A DNA stretch of 64,000 bases from Candidatus Cryptobacteroides sp. (GTDB lineage Bacteria; Bacteroidota; Bacteroidia; Bacteroidales; UBA932), in contig JAZLCW010000009.1 in the NCBI GenBank assembly GCA_045614445.1, forward strand, positions 5,276-69,275, in the 5' to 3' direction. A program made the position numbers and the translations under genes. Shown here piece by piece: positions 1-8,337 of the stretch. Position 1 is the stretch's first letter. Each line of letters starts with the position of its first letter. Under the pieces are notes generated by a model, which did not search any database, was not told the DNA's origin, and was given only the letters and a program-made list of their open reading frames with translations.

Positions 1-1023
1 TTCTTCATTATTACCCAATCCGAGAGTATATACATAATGTCTACCTGCTTCCCACTTATCAGCTCCCAATGAATTCAGGCGGACTGACTTCGTCTCCTTT
101 TGAGCATCAAGTCTTGTATAAGAGACAATAAGAGATGAAGAATCGTCCAGTATCTGTGGCGCTACGAGGTAAGGTCCTCCGATCGGGCTGTTAAAGTTGA
201 TGGGAGTCGGTATGCCTTTCTCGACTTCAATCCAAAGATCACCAACCTTTGGCTTACCGGTCTGACTGTCTACAGTAAAATCCACAGACCATCCTTCATC
301 AAAGCTATAGATACCCTCGTATTTTATATTAGTCAAGGTAATGTCGTGCAAGGTCATTCGGTAAGATTGTCCCAAATGGAAAGAAACAGCAGCAAAAGGA
401 TGGGAAAAATTCATCTTGATACCTGGATTTGCAGGATCGGCATTCTGAGTCTCTTTTGACTGCGCAGGTACATATGAATATACAAACTCACGAAGTCCTT
501 CCTGATTGGAGACCTTTGAATCGACCTTGGCAGCGTTCCTGTCTGCAGATGGATCGTAAGAATAAAGTGGCAAAGAAAATTTGAATGAAGGACCGCGTTC
601 ATATGTAAATGATACATCCGAAACTGCTGCTTCGTCAGGATTAAGAGGGAAATGACCGAAAAAATCAAGAGTCTCATCACCTAAAGGCCAATAGAAATTC
701 ACATACTGACCTTTTTCATCCATAAAACGCCAATCGCCGGCATCAGGGAAATAATTGACCCTTACATCATTCATAAATATATTTCCTGTCGCTGATGTAT
801 TTCCAGATATAATGGCATACACGGCAAAGTCACCTCCTCCCACGTCAGGATTATTAAGGCTCGCAGGCGAGTCGAATATACTTGCCTTGGTTTCTGGCAC
901 ATCGACAGTCAGACATATGGCAGTCTGCTCCTGATCATCCTCATATGCTTCTTTTGCACAAGAAGACAGTATAGCAAGAGCTGCTATCACAAAAATCATA
1001 TATCTGTTTATCAATGTCATCAT
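1..1023 (-). CDS. Fimbrillin-family lipoprotein (minor/accessory type V pilin), 3' end runs off the window
   Basis: Absent from the ORF track because it is truncated. Manual translation from ATG at 1023: MMTLINRYMIFVIAALAILSS-C-AKE (lipobox), then VPETKAS propeptide-like site, FYWP, EFVYS, MNFSHPFAAVSF and WEAGRHYVYTL, all fimbrillin-like motifs. Confidence 0.8.
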   Translation of the reverse strand, partial: MMTLINRYMIFVIAALAILSSCAKEAYEDDQEQTAICLTVDVPETKASIFDSPASLNNPDVGGGDFAVYAIISGNTSATGNIFMNDVRVNYFPDAGDWRFMDEKGQYVNFYWPLGDETLDFFGHFPLNPDEAAVSDVSFTYERGPSFKFSLPLYSYDPSADRNAAKVDSKVSNQEGLREFVYSYVPAQSKETQNADPANPGIKMNFSHPFAAVSFHLGQSYRMTLHDITLTNIKYEGIYSFDEGWSVDFTVDSQTGKPKVGDLWIEVEKGIPTPINFNSPIGGPYLVAPQILDDSSSLIVSYTRLDAQKETKSVRLNSLGADKWEAGRHYVYTLGLGNNEE

Positions 1024-1043
1024 TGCTGTATGTTAAATTGGCA

Positions 1044-1071
1044 CCCAGCCAGGCGGTCAGGCCTGGTTGGG
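1044..1071 (-). terminator. Intergenic stem-loop between the two fimbrillin genes (partial terminator or mRNA stabiliser)
   Basis: CCCAGCCAGGC-ggtcag-GCCTGGTTGGG inverted repeat just after the 1091 stop; no strong U-tract. Confidence 0.5.
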
Positions 1072-1090
1072 CGGAAAGATTTAGGATTTA

Positions 1091-2131
1091 CTATTTGATA
1101 TCCACTCCTGCATTTACCTTTTCGTGACTAGCATCCCAATCAGTAATGCTTGGAGTAACTTCAATCTCGCTGAGAGTAATGTTGATATTGTAGAAGTACT
1201 TCTTTGCCATTTCCCAATTTCCTTCAGGAAGGGTATATGTGTAATTATAAGTGTTGGCAGTATTATCACTCTGAGTAAGAGTATAATTGATAGTAAATGA
1301 TTCAGCATATCCATTAGGAACAACGAGAAGACCGTTGCCGAAAAGCTGGTAATCACCAGTAAGAGTAACTCCGTCAGCAGTAGTTGTTCCATCTGCTTTT
1401 GGCACTGCAAGATTAACTGGATTTCCTGTTGCCCAAGTTGCGTTTACTTTTCCGGTTTCATTCGCAACATCTGTCCAGCATTGACTATTTTCCAAAGTAA
1501 GAGTACCATCAACTACTGCTGAATTCAATGTAATAGAATTAACTCTGATTGTACAACCCTGTTTCTCATCTTCATCATACGCTGGAGTTGATGTCTTGAT
1601 CTGGAAGTTAATCCATGCAAGTGCATGTTTGAATACCATTGACACTGCATCATAGCCTGCACCCTGAACGTGTTTGCCTGTTCCCGCTGCATACATGAGG
1701 TCGTTCTGATCGGTTGTAGCATTTCCAGCAAGTGTCACGACAGCACCAGATGCTGGAGATGTTTCATCAAACTTAACTGTTGTCTTATCAACATTTCCTC
1801 CATTCTCTGTTACTGCAAGGAAGTTGATTGTTGAGGTTGTAAGTGGCCAATATCTTGCTGGCTGACCAGTCCAATATGCAGCTCCGTCTTCTTTCTGAAA
1901 GAATGTATAACCAAAGAAGTCATTTGGTGTTGTACCATCAACAATATAAGCAGCAACTGCCATATTGTCAAAATCAAGGAACTTGTTGCCAGTTACCGGA
2001 ACCTTAGTAGCAACCTTGTTGACAGCTACAAAAGAAATCTCCTGAAGCTCGCCTGTAGGAACGACCTCAGTCTTGTTGCAAGAAGCCAGCAAGCATGTTG
2101 CAGCTACTGCCAAAAAGAAAAATCTTTTCAT
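1091..2131 (-). CDS. Fimbrillin-family lipoprotein (probable major type V pilin)
   Basis: Lipobox LLAS-C, VATK processing-like site, YWP, DLMYA, FKHALAWINF, and C-terminal YxYNINITLSEIEVTPSITDW strand. Confidence 0.85.
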   Translation of the reverse strand: MKRFFFLAVAATCLLASCNKTEVVPTGELQEISFVAVNKVATKVPVTGNKFLDFDNMAVAAYIVDGTTPNDFFGYTFFQKEDGAAYWTGQPARYWPLTTSTINFLAVTENGGNVDKTTVKFDETSPASGAVVTLAGNATTDQNDLMYAAGTGKHVQGAGYDAVSMVFKHALAWINFQIKTSTPAYDEDEKQGCTIRVNSITLNSAVVDGTLTLENSQCWTDVANETGKVNATWATGNPVNLAVPKADGTTTADGVTLTGDYQLFGNGLLVVPNGYAESFTINYTLTQSDNTANTYNYTYTLPEGNWEMAKKYFYNINITLSEIEVTPSITDWDASHEKVNAGVDIK

Positions 2132-2196
2132 AATTTGTTTGTGTTAAATGTTAATGAATAGTTGTTATATTTTTTGTATTGTTGTGTTGCCTGTCT

Positions 2197-3231
2197 TTAT
2201 GCCAACGGAACATCGATATCCTCTCTCTCCCACTCATCGATTTCCGGACTGAAGCCTCCTCCACCATGCTCTGCCTTCGGAATGTCGATTATCTCTCCAT
2301 CGATGACAAGCTGGTGATCCTCGTTGCCCGGATCATCGAACTGGTCTGTCACATCATATATATATCGGTACTGTCCTCCTCCGGAATCCGTCACCGTTAT
2401 GTCAAGGAATATCTGATTCTGCCCCCCTGGAAGCTTTCCGAAGGTATTGAATACTGTATAGAGACGGCTGTTCTCCACGTCCACGCTCATATCCACATAT
2501 ACAGTAGCCGGAGAACTGTCCCTTTCCGGTCTTCCGAAGTAGTTCGACAGGATCTGGCCTGTCACGAATGCCTCGACCTTTTCGATATTCTCTGCACCCT
2601 TGATGTTCAGCACCTCGAGACTATAGACGTCGAGGATGGTGGATACAGTAGTGCGGATCGTGACCGCCTGCTCGCCTCCTGTGAATGCATCAATGGTCAC
2701 ATCCATCTCATTAGAGGTATAGAGATGATCCGGCTCATTGATAATAGGGTCGTCCTCATATCCCTTTGAGACATACTCTCTCGCCGGCTCGTTTATCTTG
2801 GATTTGATAATTTCGCCTTTTGATGCTGTGATGTCAGTCGTTAATGCATTAGCCGTATTTCGGTTGTGAAGATCCTTCTGCTGAGTGGATTCTGTTCCGA
2901 AACTGTATATCACAAGGTGATAGGTGCCGGGGAAGATGTTCAGCGAGCCACCTTTCTCTCCGACTATATTTGAGGAGATGAGGTCGTTTGTGACTGTATC
3001 ATACACAAGGACTTCGTAGTAGTTGGGAACAACGCCCTCGATCTTGTCGGTGTAGATCTTTTCCAGAGGCTTGTCCACAGACATGACAATATCATGGTCG
3101 AGTTCCCTGTCCAGGTCTATGATGATATCGACCCTTGTGGACCTGTCATACAATGGTATACGCCTGCAACCTGCTGAAAAAATCAGCAGAACTGCAGCCA
3201 TTGTGACATATGCCAGGAATCTCTTCATCAA
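2197..3231 (-). CDS. DUF5119-like / Mfa2-FimB-type pilus anchor lipoprotein
   Basis: Lipobox FSAG-C-RRIPLY, FNTFG motif, C-terminal GGGFSPEIDEW; located between DUF3575 and fimbrillin genes. Confidence 0.7.
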   Translation of the reverse strand: MMKRFLAYVTMAAVLLIFSAGCRRIPLYDRSTRVDIIIDLDRELDHDIVMSVDKPLEKIYTDKIEGVVPNYYEVLVYDTVTNDLISSNIVGEKGGSLNIFPGTYHLVIYSFGTESTQQKDLHNRNTANALTTDITASKGEIIKSKINEPAREYVSKGYEDDPIINEPDHLYTSNEMDVTIDAFTGGEQAVTIRTTVSTILDVYSLEVLNIKGAENIEKVEAFVTGQILSNYFGRPERDSSPATVYVDMSVDVENSRLYTVFNTFGKLPGGQNQIFLDITVTDSGGGQYRYIYDVTDQFDDPGNEDHQLVIDGEIIDIPKAEHGGGGFSPEIDEWEREDIDVPLA

Positions 3232-3244
3232 TTTATATTTCTGT

Positions 3245-4489
3245 TTATTTTCTTGTCATGTAAATAGGGACTACAAGAGACACACCTGCTTTAAGAGGGC
3301 CTGCCCAGTGGATGTTCTTTGTGTAGCCTTCCCTGAAAGCCTTGCCGCCCGACTCGAAGACATCGTAAGGACGTGCATAGGAATAAAGATATCCAAGGCC
3401 GACGGTGAATTCGAGATGCATCCTGTTATTGAATACAGGCATTGCATACATATAGTCAAGGCATACAGAGGTGAACTCTCCCTGATGGCCTGTATAATTG
3501 CGCTCAAAGTCATAATAACCTGCATATGCTCCGAGTCCTACAGAATGCCCGAGGAGTCTGCTCGTATATGTCCGGTTCTTCCCAAGCCAGTATCGTCCGG
3601 TAACTCCCCAGGCAAGCATCTGCATGGCATTCTTATGGTCTGCCTTTCTGCACAGCCAGGGGAAATAATAGTCAGCTTCCACTGACCAGCTGTCATTTAT
3701 ACAGATCTCAGCTCCTACATTTGAAAGAGGAGAGAGAAGATTGGTGCGCGCTGCAGCCACTATATGTCTTCCAGGTAATATGATGGCGGGCAAATCGAAG
3801 GCAATATCCGAATGAGGTACTTCAAGAACAGGTTTGTAACACAGGGGCTCTATTGGCTCGAGTGATGGTTCTCTGGCATACTCATCCCGTTCTCCGCGCA
3901 CGGTAAGGGTAATGGAAGCGTTTCGAAGGGCGTAGATATGATTGATCATGAAGTATTCCCATCCTTCACTACATCCTCGCAGATACTTTTCCTTATCGTC
4001 TGCAGAAAGGGAACTTTCGATTATCCGGAGCATTTCATGTCTTTGAGGAAAGTCCTGGCCCGACTTGAGGATCTGACGCAGACCATCCCAATCCTCATCA
4101 ACATACTGAACCTTGATATTCAATGCAGCGGACTCCGGAAATAGCTCGAGTATAAGTCTGCTTGTGCTCTCTGCTCGCCTCCTTGCAAGATTCCTGTTGA
4201 ATTCCAATGATCCGTCAGGTGATGAAGTGGCTATGATAAGGATAGAATCCGTCTCAAATTGAAGAGTGCTCTCAGCGCAAAATGTATTACGTATATCCTG
4301 ACGTAATGTCTGTATTGTATGCGAGTTTCTATGGAAGATACTGTCTACATTCGAAGTGTTGATCGGGAAGAAGATGTTATAACGTTTCTCAACATATGAC
4401 AGATTTGATGGTTCTGCCGTTTGTCCGAAAGAGACATATGACATAAGCAGACACACTATCGTGAGCAAAATATGTTTTGAAGTTTTCAT
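3245..4489 (-). CDS. DUF3575 outer-membrane barrel protein with N-terminal OmpA-like domain
   Basis: SSPDG...NRNLARRRA OmpA-like motif, EDWDGL, RTNLL, WSVEADYYFPW, GPLKAGVSLV. Confidence 0.85.
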   Translation of the reverse strand: MKTSKHILLTIVCLLMSYVSFGQTAEPSNLSYVEKRYNIFFPINTSNVDSIFHRNSHTIQTLRQDIRNTFCAESTLQFETDSILIIATSSPDGSLEFNRNLARRRAESTSRLILELFPESAALNIKVQYVDEDWDGLRQILKSGQDFPQRHEMLRIIESSLSADDKEKYLRGCSEGWEYFMINHIYALRNASITLTVRGERDEYAREPSLEPIEPLCYKPVLEVPHSDIAFDLPAIILPGRHIVAAARTNLLSPLSNVGAEICINDSWSVEADYYFPWLCRKADHKNAMQMLAWGVTGRYWLGKNRTYTSRLLGHSVGLGAYAGYYDFERNYTGHQGEFTSVCLDYMYAMPVFNNRMHLEFTVGLGYLYSYARPYDVFESGGKAFREGYTKNIHWAGPLKAGVSLVVPIYMTRK

Positions 4490-4541
4490 TAAAATCTTTT
4501 ACCCGGAAAATTCTTAAATACCGCGTTTACAAAAGGGCAGA

Positions 4542-4620
4542 CAAATATATTTTTGCATCATTACAACACAAAACATCACTTGTCGCAATTTCACAAAAGA
4601 AATGTTGCAACATTACAAAA
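4542..4620 (-). promoter_or_regulatory. Pilus operon promoter (-7 box) with upstream direct repeats and palindrome, candidate AraC site
   Basis: TATATTTG on minus strand at 4542-4549; repeats TGTcGCAAtttcACAAAA (4581) and TGTtGCAAcattACAAAA (4603) 22 bp apart; perfect palindrome AATGTTGCAACATT at 4601-4614. Confidence 0.55.
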
Positions 4621-4632
4621 AAAACGAAGGTA

Positions 4633-4689
4633 GAAGGCCGTAAAACAGCTAAACGGCCTTTTTCCATTGTGGAATAAGGCCGTTTAGTT
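4633..4689 (-). terminator. Terminator of the AraC gene, with three mutually pairing arms
   Basis: CTAAACGGCCTTTTTCC-attgt-GGAATAAGGCCGTTTAG plus a third arm GAAGGCCGT; U-tracts follow on the minus strand. Confidence 0.6.
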
Positions 4690-5743
4690 ATTTAAGATTT
4701 TCGAGATATTCTGTCAGAGTGACTCCCATTATTTTCTGAAAGTTCCTGTATGCTGTGGAACGCTGTCGGAATCCAGCGTAACTGAATAAAGCCTGCAGAT
4801 TTGCTTTAGGATTGCGCTTAAGCTCGGACACTACATATTCGATCCGTCGCTTTGCTATATATTCGCTGAATGTGCACCCGGCAAATTTCTTGAATGCTTC
4901 GCCGACATAAGTACGGTTGGATGCCAGTTCTTCAGACAGTGACATGAGACTCAGTTCTGGATTTCGCCAGCCTTGCTGCTCTATAAGCAGATGGGTCACA
5001 TCTATCCACAACTTATCAATAATGTCATACGGCTTATCCTCAGCACCGGCTATGCTGTCATTTTCCGGTACCGGGAGACGTTCTTTCAACTCGTACCATA
5101 TAAGCCAGAAAAAGAAGAAAAGCATGCTCAACTGATGTAGAATGGTGAAAATTCTTGCATGAGTAATAAATAGTCCAAAGAGCAGTAATCCTATCGAGCA
5201 GAATCCTAACGAATATTTAAGAATGTACTTTTTATCCGCTCCACTATTCTGCCAGTCATATGGAACAAGGAAAAGGGCAAAAGAATATACAAGCATCATT
5301 GTAACTGCAAACAATCTGAACATGACATCCGGTTTCCAGACATTATGCAACAGATCTGCAAATGTGTCAAGTGCAGTGTACTGAATACCTGCGAACATTC
5401 CTACAGCAGCAATTGCTGCAAGAGGTGCAAAAAGGATGGTGAGGGTTCTGCCTGGTTTTGAAATGGAACGGATGAACACTAAAGGATATAAAAAGTATGT
5501 CATCTGCATTATGATCGAAGCAAAAGTAGACTCGGGGTCCAGTAAGCCTTTATTGACCACGACATTTCCAACCCAGTGACGGATGATGAAGAAGAAGGAA
5601 TTCAGCGATGTAAACCAGCAGAAAATTGCCAGGACATAACGTGAATAATCATTTGTCTCCTTGCGTCGCATCCATAACATGATGCCGCCGGCAACAAGCT
5701 CAAAAGTTATCAGCACAGAAATTACAGATAAAATAAGTCTCAA
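4688..5743 (-). CDS. Membrane-anchored AraC-family transcriptional regulator
   Basis: Multiple N-terminal TM segments; C-terminal WRNPELSL..LASNRTYV..FSEYI..RRIEY..AGFRQRSTAYRNFQK HTH; -7 box at 5785-5792. Confidence 0.9.
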   Translation of the reverse strand: MRLILSVISVLITFELVAGGIMLWMRRKETNDYSRYVLAIFCWFTSLNSFFFIIRHWVGNVVVNKGLLDPESTFASIIMQMTYFLYPLVFIRSISKPGRTLTILFAPLAAIAAVGMFAGIQYTALDTFADLLHNVWKPDVMFRLFAVTMMLVYSFALFLVPYDWQNSGADKKYILKYSLGFCSIGLLLFGLFITHARIFTILHQLSMLFFFFWLIWYELKERLPVPENDSIAGAEDKPYDIIDKLWIDVTHLLIEQQGWRNPELSLMSLSEELASNRTYVGEAFKKFAGCTFSEYIAKRRIEYVVSELKRNPKANLQALFSYAGFRQRSTAYRNFQKIMGVTLTEYLENLK

Positions 5744-5893
5744 AATGCAACAAGTTAATTGTTATATATACTCTTCACTATAAGCAAAATTATGAAATCC
5801 TGATTTCATTCACAATAATTTCAATCAGAAATCATCTTGCTTCAATCTTTATTTCCAGGACCATAGTCCAGATTTTACTGCAACGGGATCTGA

Positions 5894-5980
5894 TTATGCT
5901 GACGACAAAAACGACAATTGCAGCAAGAAAGCATTTACGGATACTATCAATATCGGGATAAACCAGCCTCGCTTATTCAT
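5894..5980 (-). CDS. Putative 28-aa hydrophobic small protein (MNKRGWFIPILIVSVNAFLLQLSFLSSA)
   Basis: Preceded by a canonical TATCTTTGCA -7 box (6006-6013, minus) and an A-rich leader; too short for the ORF track. Confidence 0.3.
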   Translation of the reverse strand: MNKRGWFIPILIVSVNAFLLQLSFLSSA

Positions 5981-6176
5981 ATTCTGTTTTTTATGTTTGA
6001 GGGTGCAAAGATATTGAATTTTACGTTACATCATATCCTATCTATGACTGACGAATCGCAGTTCGGGGCATAAAAGAAATATTTGTTCATGATTGAATCG
6101 GATCGTAGAAATTTTTATGACACATGTAAGTCGTCAGGTGACATGGATACATTTCTAAGTAGGATATTAAACCATC

Positions 6177-6191
6177 TGGCAAAGAGATTGT
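6177..6191 (+). promoter_or_regulatory. Possible sigma54-like promoter
   Basis: TGGCAAAGAGATTGT: GG-N10-GT, imperfect -12 element. Confidence 0.3.
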
Positions 6192-6227
6192 CATAATATA
6201 GTTGTATAGACATTAACCACATAAAAA

Positions 6228-7580
6228 ATGAAAACTTTAAAATCAATTCTCGCCGCAATGGCAATGACCGCAGCGGTGACAGCAGGAGCTCAGACGCTCA
6301 AAATGGAACATCAGGTATCTGGAGTAACAACTTACGAAGCTTCGACAGCTGTAAACCTCTTGGTTGTTAAACCGGAAATCAAGATCGAAAATCTCGATCC
6401 ATCAGTTCTTACAGTGAACACAAACGGTACAGAGCGCAATGTCGTTTCTGTTTACCCATGTGATGCAAGAGGTGCATACAATCCAGAGGGCGAATACCTT
6501 GCTCTCGGTCTTGAGAAAGCAAACGGCAGAGGTCTCGGTCTCTCAAAGGCAGGAAGCGTATGGAAAGAGGAATACGCAGTAAAGGTTGGTCTCAAGAAAG
6601 GCAAGACAATCAAGGTCGGAAAGCAGAAATTCACTGCCATCGAATGTGAGACAGAGAAGGCTCTGAAGGATTTCGTATCTGAGGCTGACTATTTCAACAA
6701 AGGTACTTACACAGGAAGATTCACAGGAAAGCCAGGTGACGTAACTCTCACTTATGCTTCTTACGAGCCTTGGTCACTCAAGGGTGACGGCGTGGCTAAT
6801 CCATTGGTAATCTGGCTTCATGGCGGTGGAGAAGGTGGAGTGGACGTATCCATCACTCTTCTTGGCAACGAGGTGGTATCTCTCATCCGTCCTCAGATCC
6901 AGTCACATTTCACCACAGAAGGCGGTGCAGGCGGAGCATATGTTCTCTCTATCCAGTGCCCTACAATGTGGATGGGAACTTCGAAAGGATTCGGTCACGG
7001 AGAGTATCCTTCACTCTATGCTGACGTACTCAAATCATGCATCGACGAATTCGTTGACCAGCATCCTGACGTAGACCGCACCCGTATCTACATTGGCGGC
7101 TGCTCTAACGGAGGTTACATGACAATGCACATGCTGATCCGCAATCCAAGATATTTCGCAGCTGCATACCCTACATGCCAGGCTTACATGGACAAGAACA
7201 TCTCTGACAATGAGATCGCAGCACTTGCAGAGGAAAACATCTGGTTCGTACAGTCATACGATGACACAACCGTTGACGCCAAGACTCACTGCATCCCTAC
7301 TTTCCAGCGTCTTGTTAAAGCCGGAGCAAAGAATGTATGGATGTCAATGTTCGAGACTGTAGAGGGTATCGACAATCCTGGCCAGAAGCTCTTCGGTCAC
7401 TTCTCATGGTGCTACCTCTTCAATGACGCTGTTACAATGTCACAGGAGCAGAGCGAAGGTGATGTGAAGCCAAGCAACAACGGTGGCGGCAGCGTCGCAC
7501 CTCAGGGTCACGCCAATATCTTCGAGTGGATGAACGCTCAGGTTCTTACAGCACCGGAGATCACAAATCCAAGATGGTAA
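6228..7580 (+). CDS. Secreted alpha/beta-hydrolase (predicted esterase/peptidase, COG4099-like) with an N-terminal extra domain
   Basis: Signal peptide, PLVIWLHGGGEGG, GCSNGG nucleophile elbow, DDTTV, GHFSW. Confidence 0.8.
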   Translation: MKTLKSILAAMAMTAAVTAGAQTLKMEHQVSGVTTYEASTAVNLLVVKPEIKIENLDPSVLTVNTNGTERNVVSVYPCDARGAYNPEGEYLALGLEKANGRGLGLSKAGSVWKEEYAVKVGLKKGKTIKVGKQKFTAIECETEKALKDFVSEADYFNKGTYTGRFTGKPGDVTLTYASYEPWSLKGDGVANPLVIWLHGGGEGGVDVSITLLGNEVVSLIRPQIQSHFTTEGGAGGAYVLSIQCPTMWMGTSKGFGHGEYPSLYADVLKSCIDEFVDQHPDVDRTRIYIGGCSNGGYMTMHMLIRNPRYFAAAYPTCQAYMDKNISDNEIAALAEENIWFVQSYDDTTVDAKTHCIPTFQRLVKAGAKNVWMSMFETVEGIDNPGQKLFGHFSWCYLFNDAVTMSQEQSEGDVKPSNNGGGSVAPQGHANIFEWMNAQVLTAPEITNPRW

Positions 7581-7674
7581 TACAAAATCCAGAATAAGAA
7601 GAAAAGGGGCTGACTAAAAAGTCAATTAGACTTTGAGGTTAGCCTCTTTTCGTTTTTATATTACACCAGGATAA

Positions 7675-7819
7675 TAGCAGTGATTACGGAGGACTCCTTT
7701 CGCTTCGCTCACTCCGGACCCTCCCAACGTATCCTGCGTGGTATAACGACCACTTGTCTCCGTCGGGCCCCACCCGCTACCCGTGTCCACGGTTGGACAC
7801 GCCTCCTCAATCACTACTG
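7675..7819 (-). repeat. Structured repeat, copy 1 (REP/MITE-like or ncRNA)
   Basis: Minus strand: CAGTAGTGATTGAGGAGG..CCTCCGTAATCACTGCTA outer stem; CGTGTCC/GGACACG hairpin; GGGTGGGG-CCCGACG..CGTTGGG-AGGG core shared with copies 2 and 3. Confidence 0.75.
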
Positions 7820-7929
7820 TCCTCCCTCTTGGAAGACCTCGGAAATAAATTGGCTGATTTTTCGTCAAGGTATATTTGTTTTTGGGGGCAAAATGAACAT
7901 TTCTAATGACACCTTGACAAAGAATCAAT

Positions 7930-8130
7930 GAAATTCTTGTCAAGGTGAAGTCTATCCTCCGTGAAACAGAAAGAGTACTCGACATAGAACTCAGAGATGA
8001 GTCTGACAATGTCATGACAGCTGAGGAAATGCAGAAACGCACTGATGACATCCTTGCTCAGATGGACGAGAAAGGCATCAGTGACAAGAAGTTACGCAAG
8101 TCTGTAGCTAAGGTGAAGGAGGAATCAGGT
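7930..8130 (+). pseudogene. Transposase fragment, IS1182-family-like helical region
   Basis: ILVKVKSILRETERVLDIELRDESDNVMTAEEMQKRTDDILAQMDEKGISDKKLRKSVAKVKEES resembles, from memory, the segment preceding RNSYSKTD in Bacteroidales IS1182 transposases; no catalytic motifs remain. Confidence 0.5.
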
Positions 8131-8140
8131 ACATTCAGAA

Positions 8141-8275
8141 GCGGTAGTAGGGTAAGTTTGGATGGCGTGGTCAAGCGCGACCACGTAAGCGGGAGGGGCC
8201 CGACGCGTAGCGTTGGGAGGGATGGAGTCGGAACTTGTTCCGACGGAACCAAGCCAAACTTACCCCTACTACCGC
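8141..8275 (+). repeat. Structured repeat, copy 2
   Basis: Outer stem GCGGTAGTAGGGTAAGTTTGG/CCAAACTTACCCCTACTACCGC; hairpins GCGTGGTC/GACCACGT, CCCGACG/CGTTGGG, GTCGGAAC/GTTCCGAC. Confidence 0.85.
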
Positions 8276-8337
8276 GCCACAGTAACCTATAAACAAAGAA
8301 AGCCGACTAAAAAAATCACTTTTTAGTCGGCTTCATC

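Larger units (their letters stand above)
7601..8333. mobile_element. Internally deleted IS1182-like element carrying two structured repeats
   Basis: Hairpins at both ends (7601-7651, 8300-8333) sharing GCYGACTAAAAA; outer arms GGCTGACTAAAAAGT and ACTTTTTAGTCGGCT are inverted repeats; internal transposase-like fragment. Confidence 0.55.

Noticed and set aside
4490-4690. Invertible (phase-variable) promoter for the pilus operon
   Set aside because: No inverted-repeat pair flanks the -7 box, and no recombinase gene is in the window.
7656-8292. ORFs 7656-8051, 7680-7931, 8058-8252 and the C-terminal half of 7945-8292 as proteins
   Set aside because: They read through the GC-rich structured repeats; only about 7930-8130 looks protein-like.
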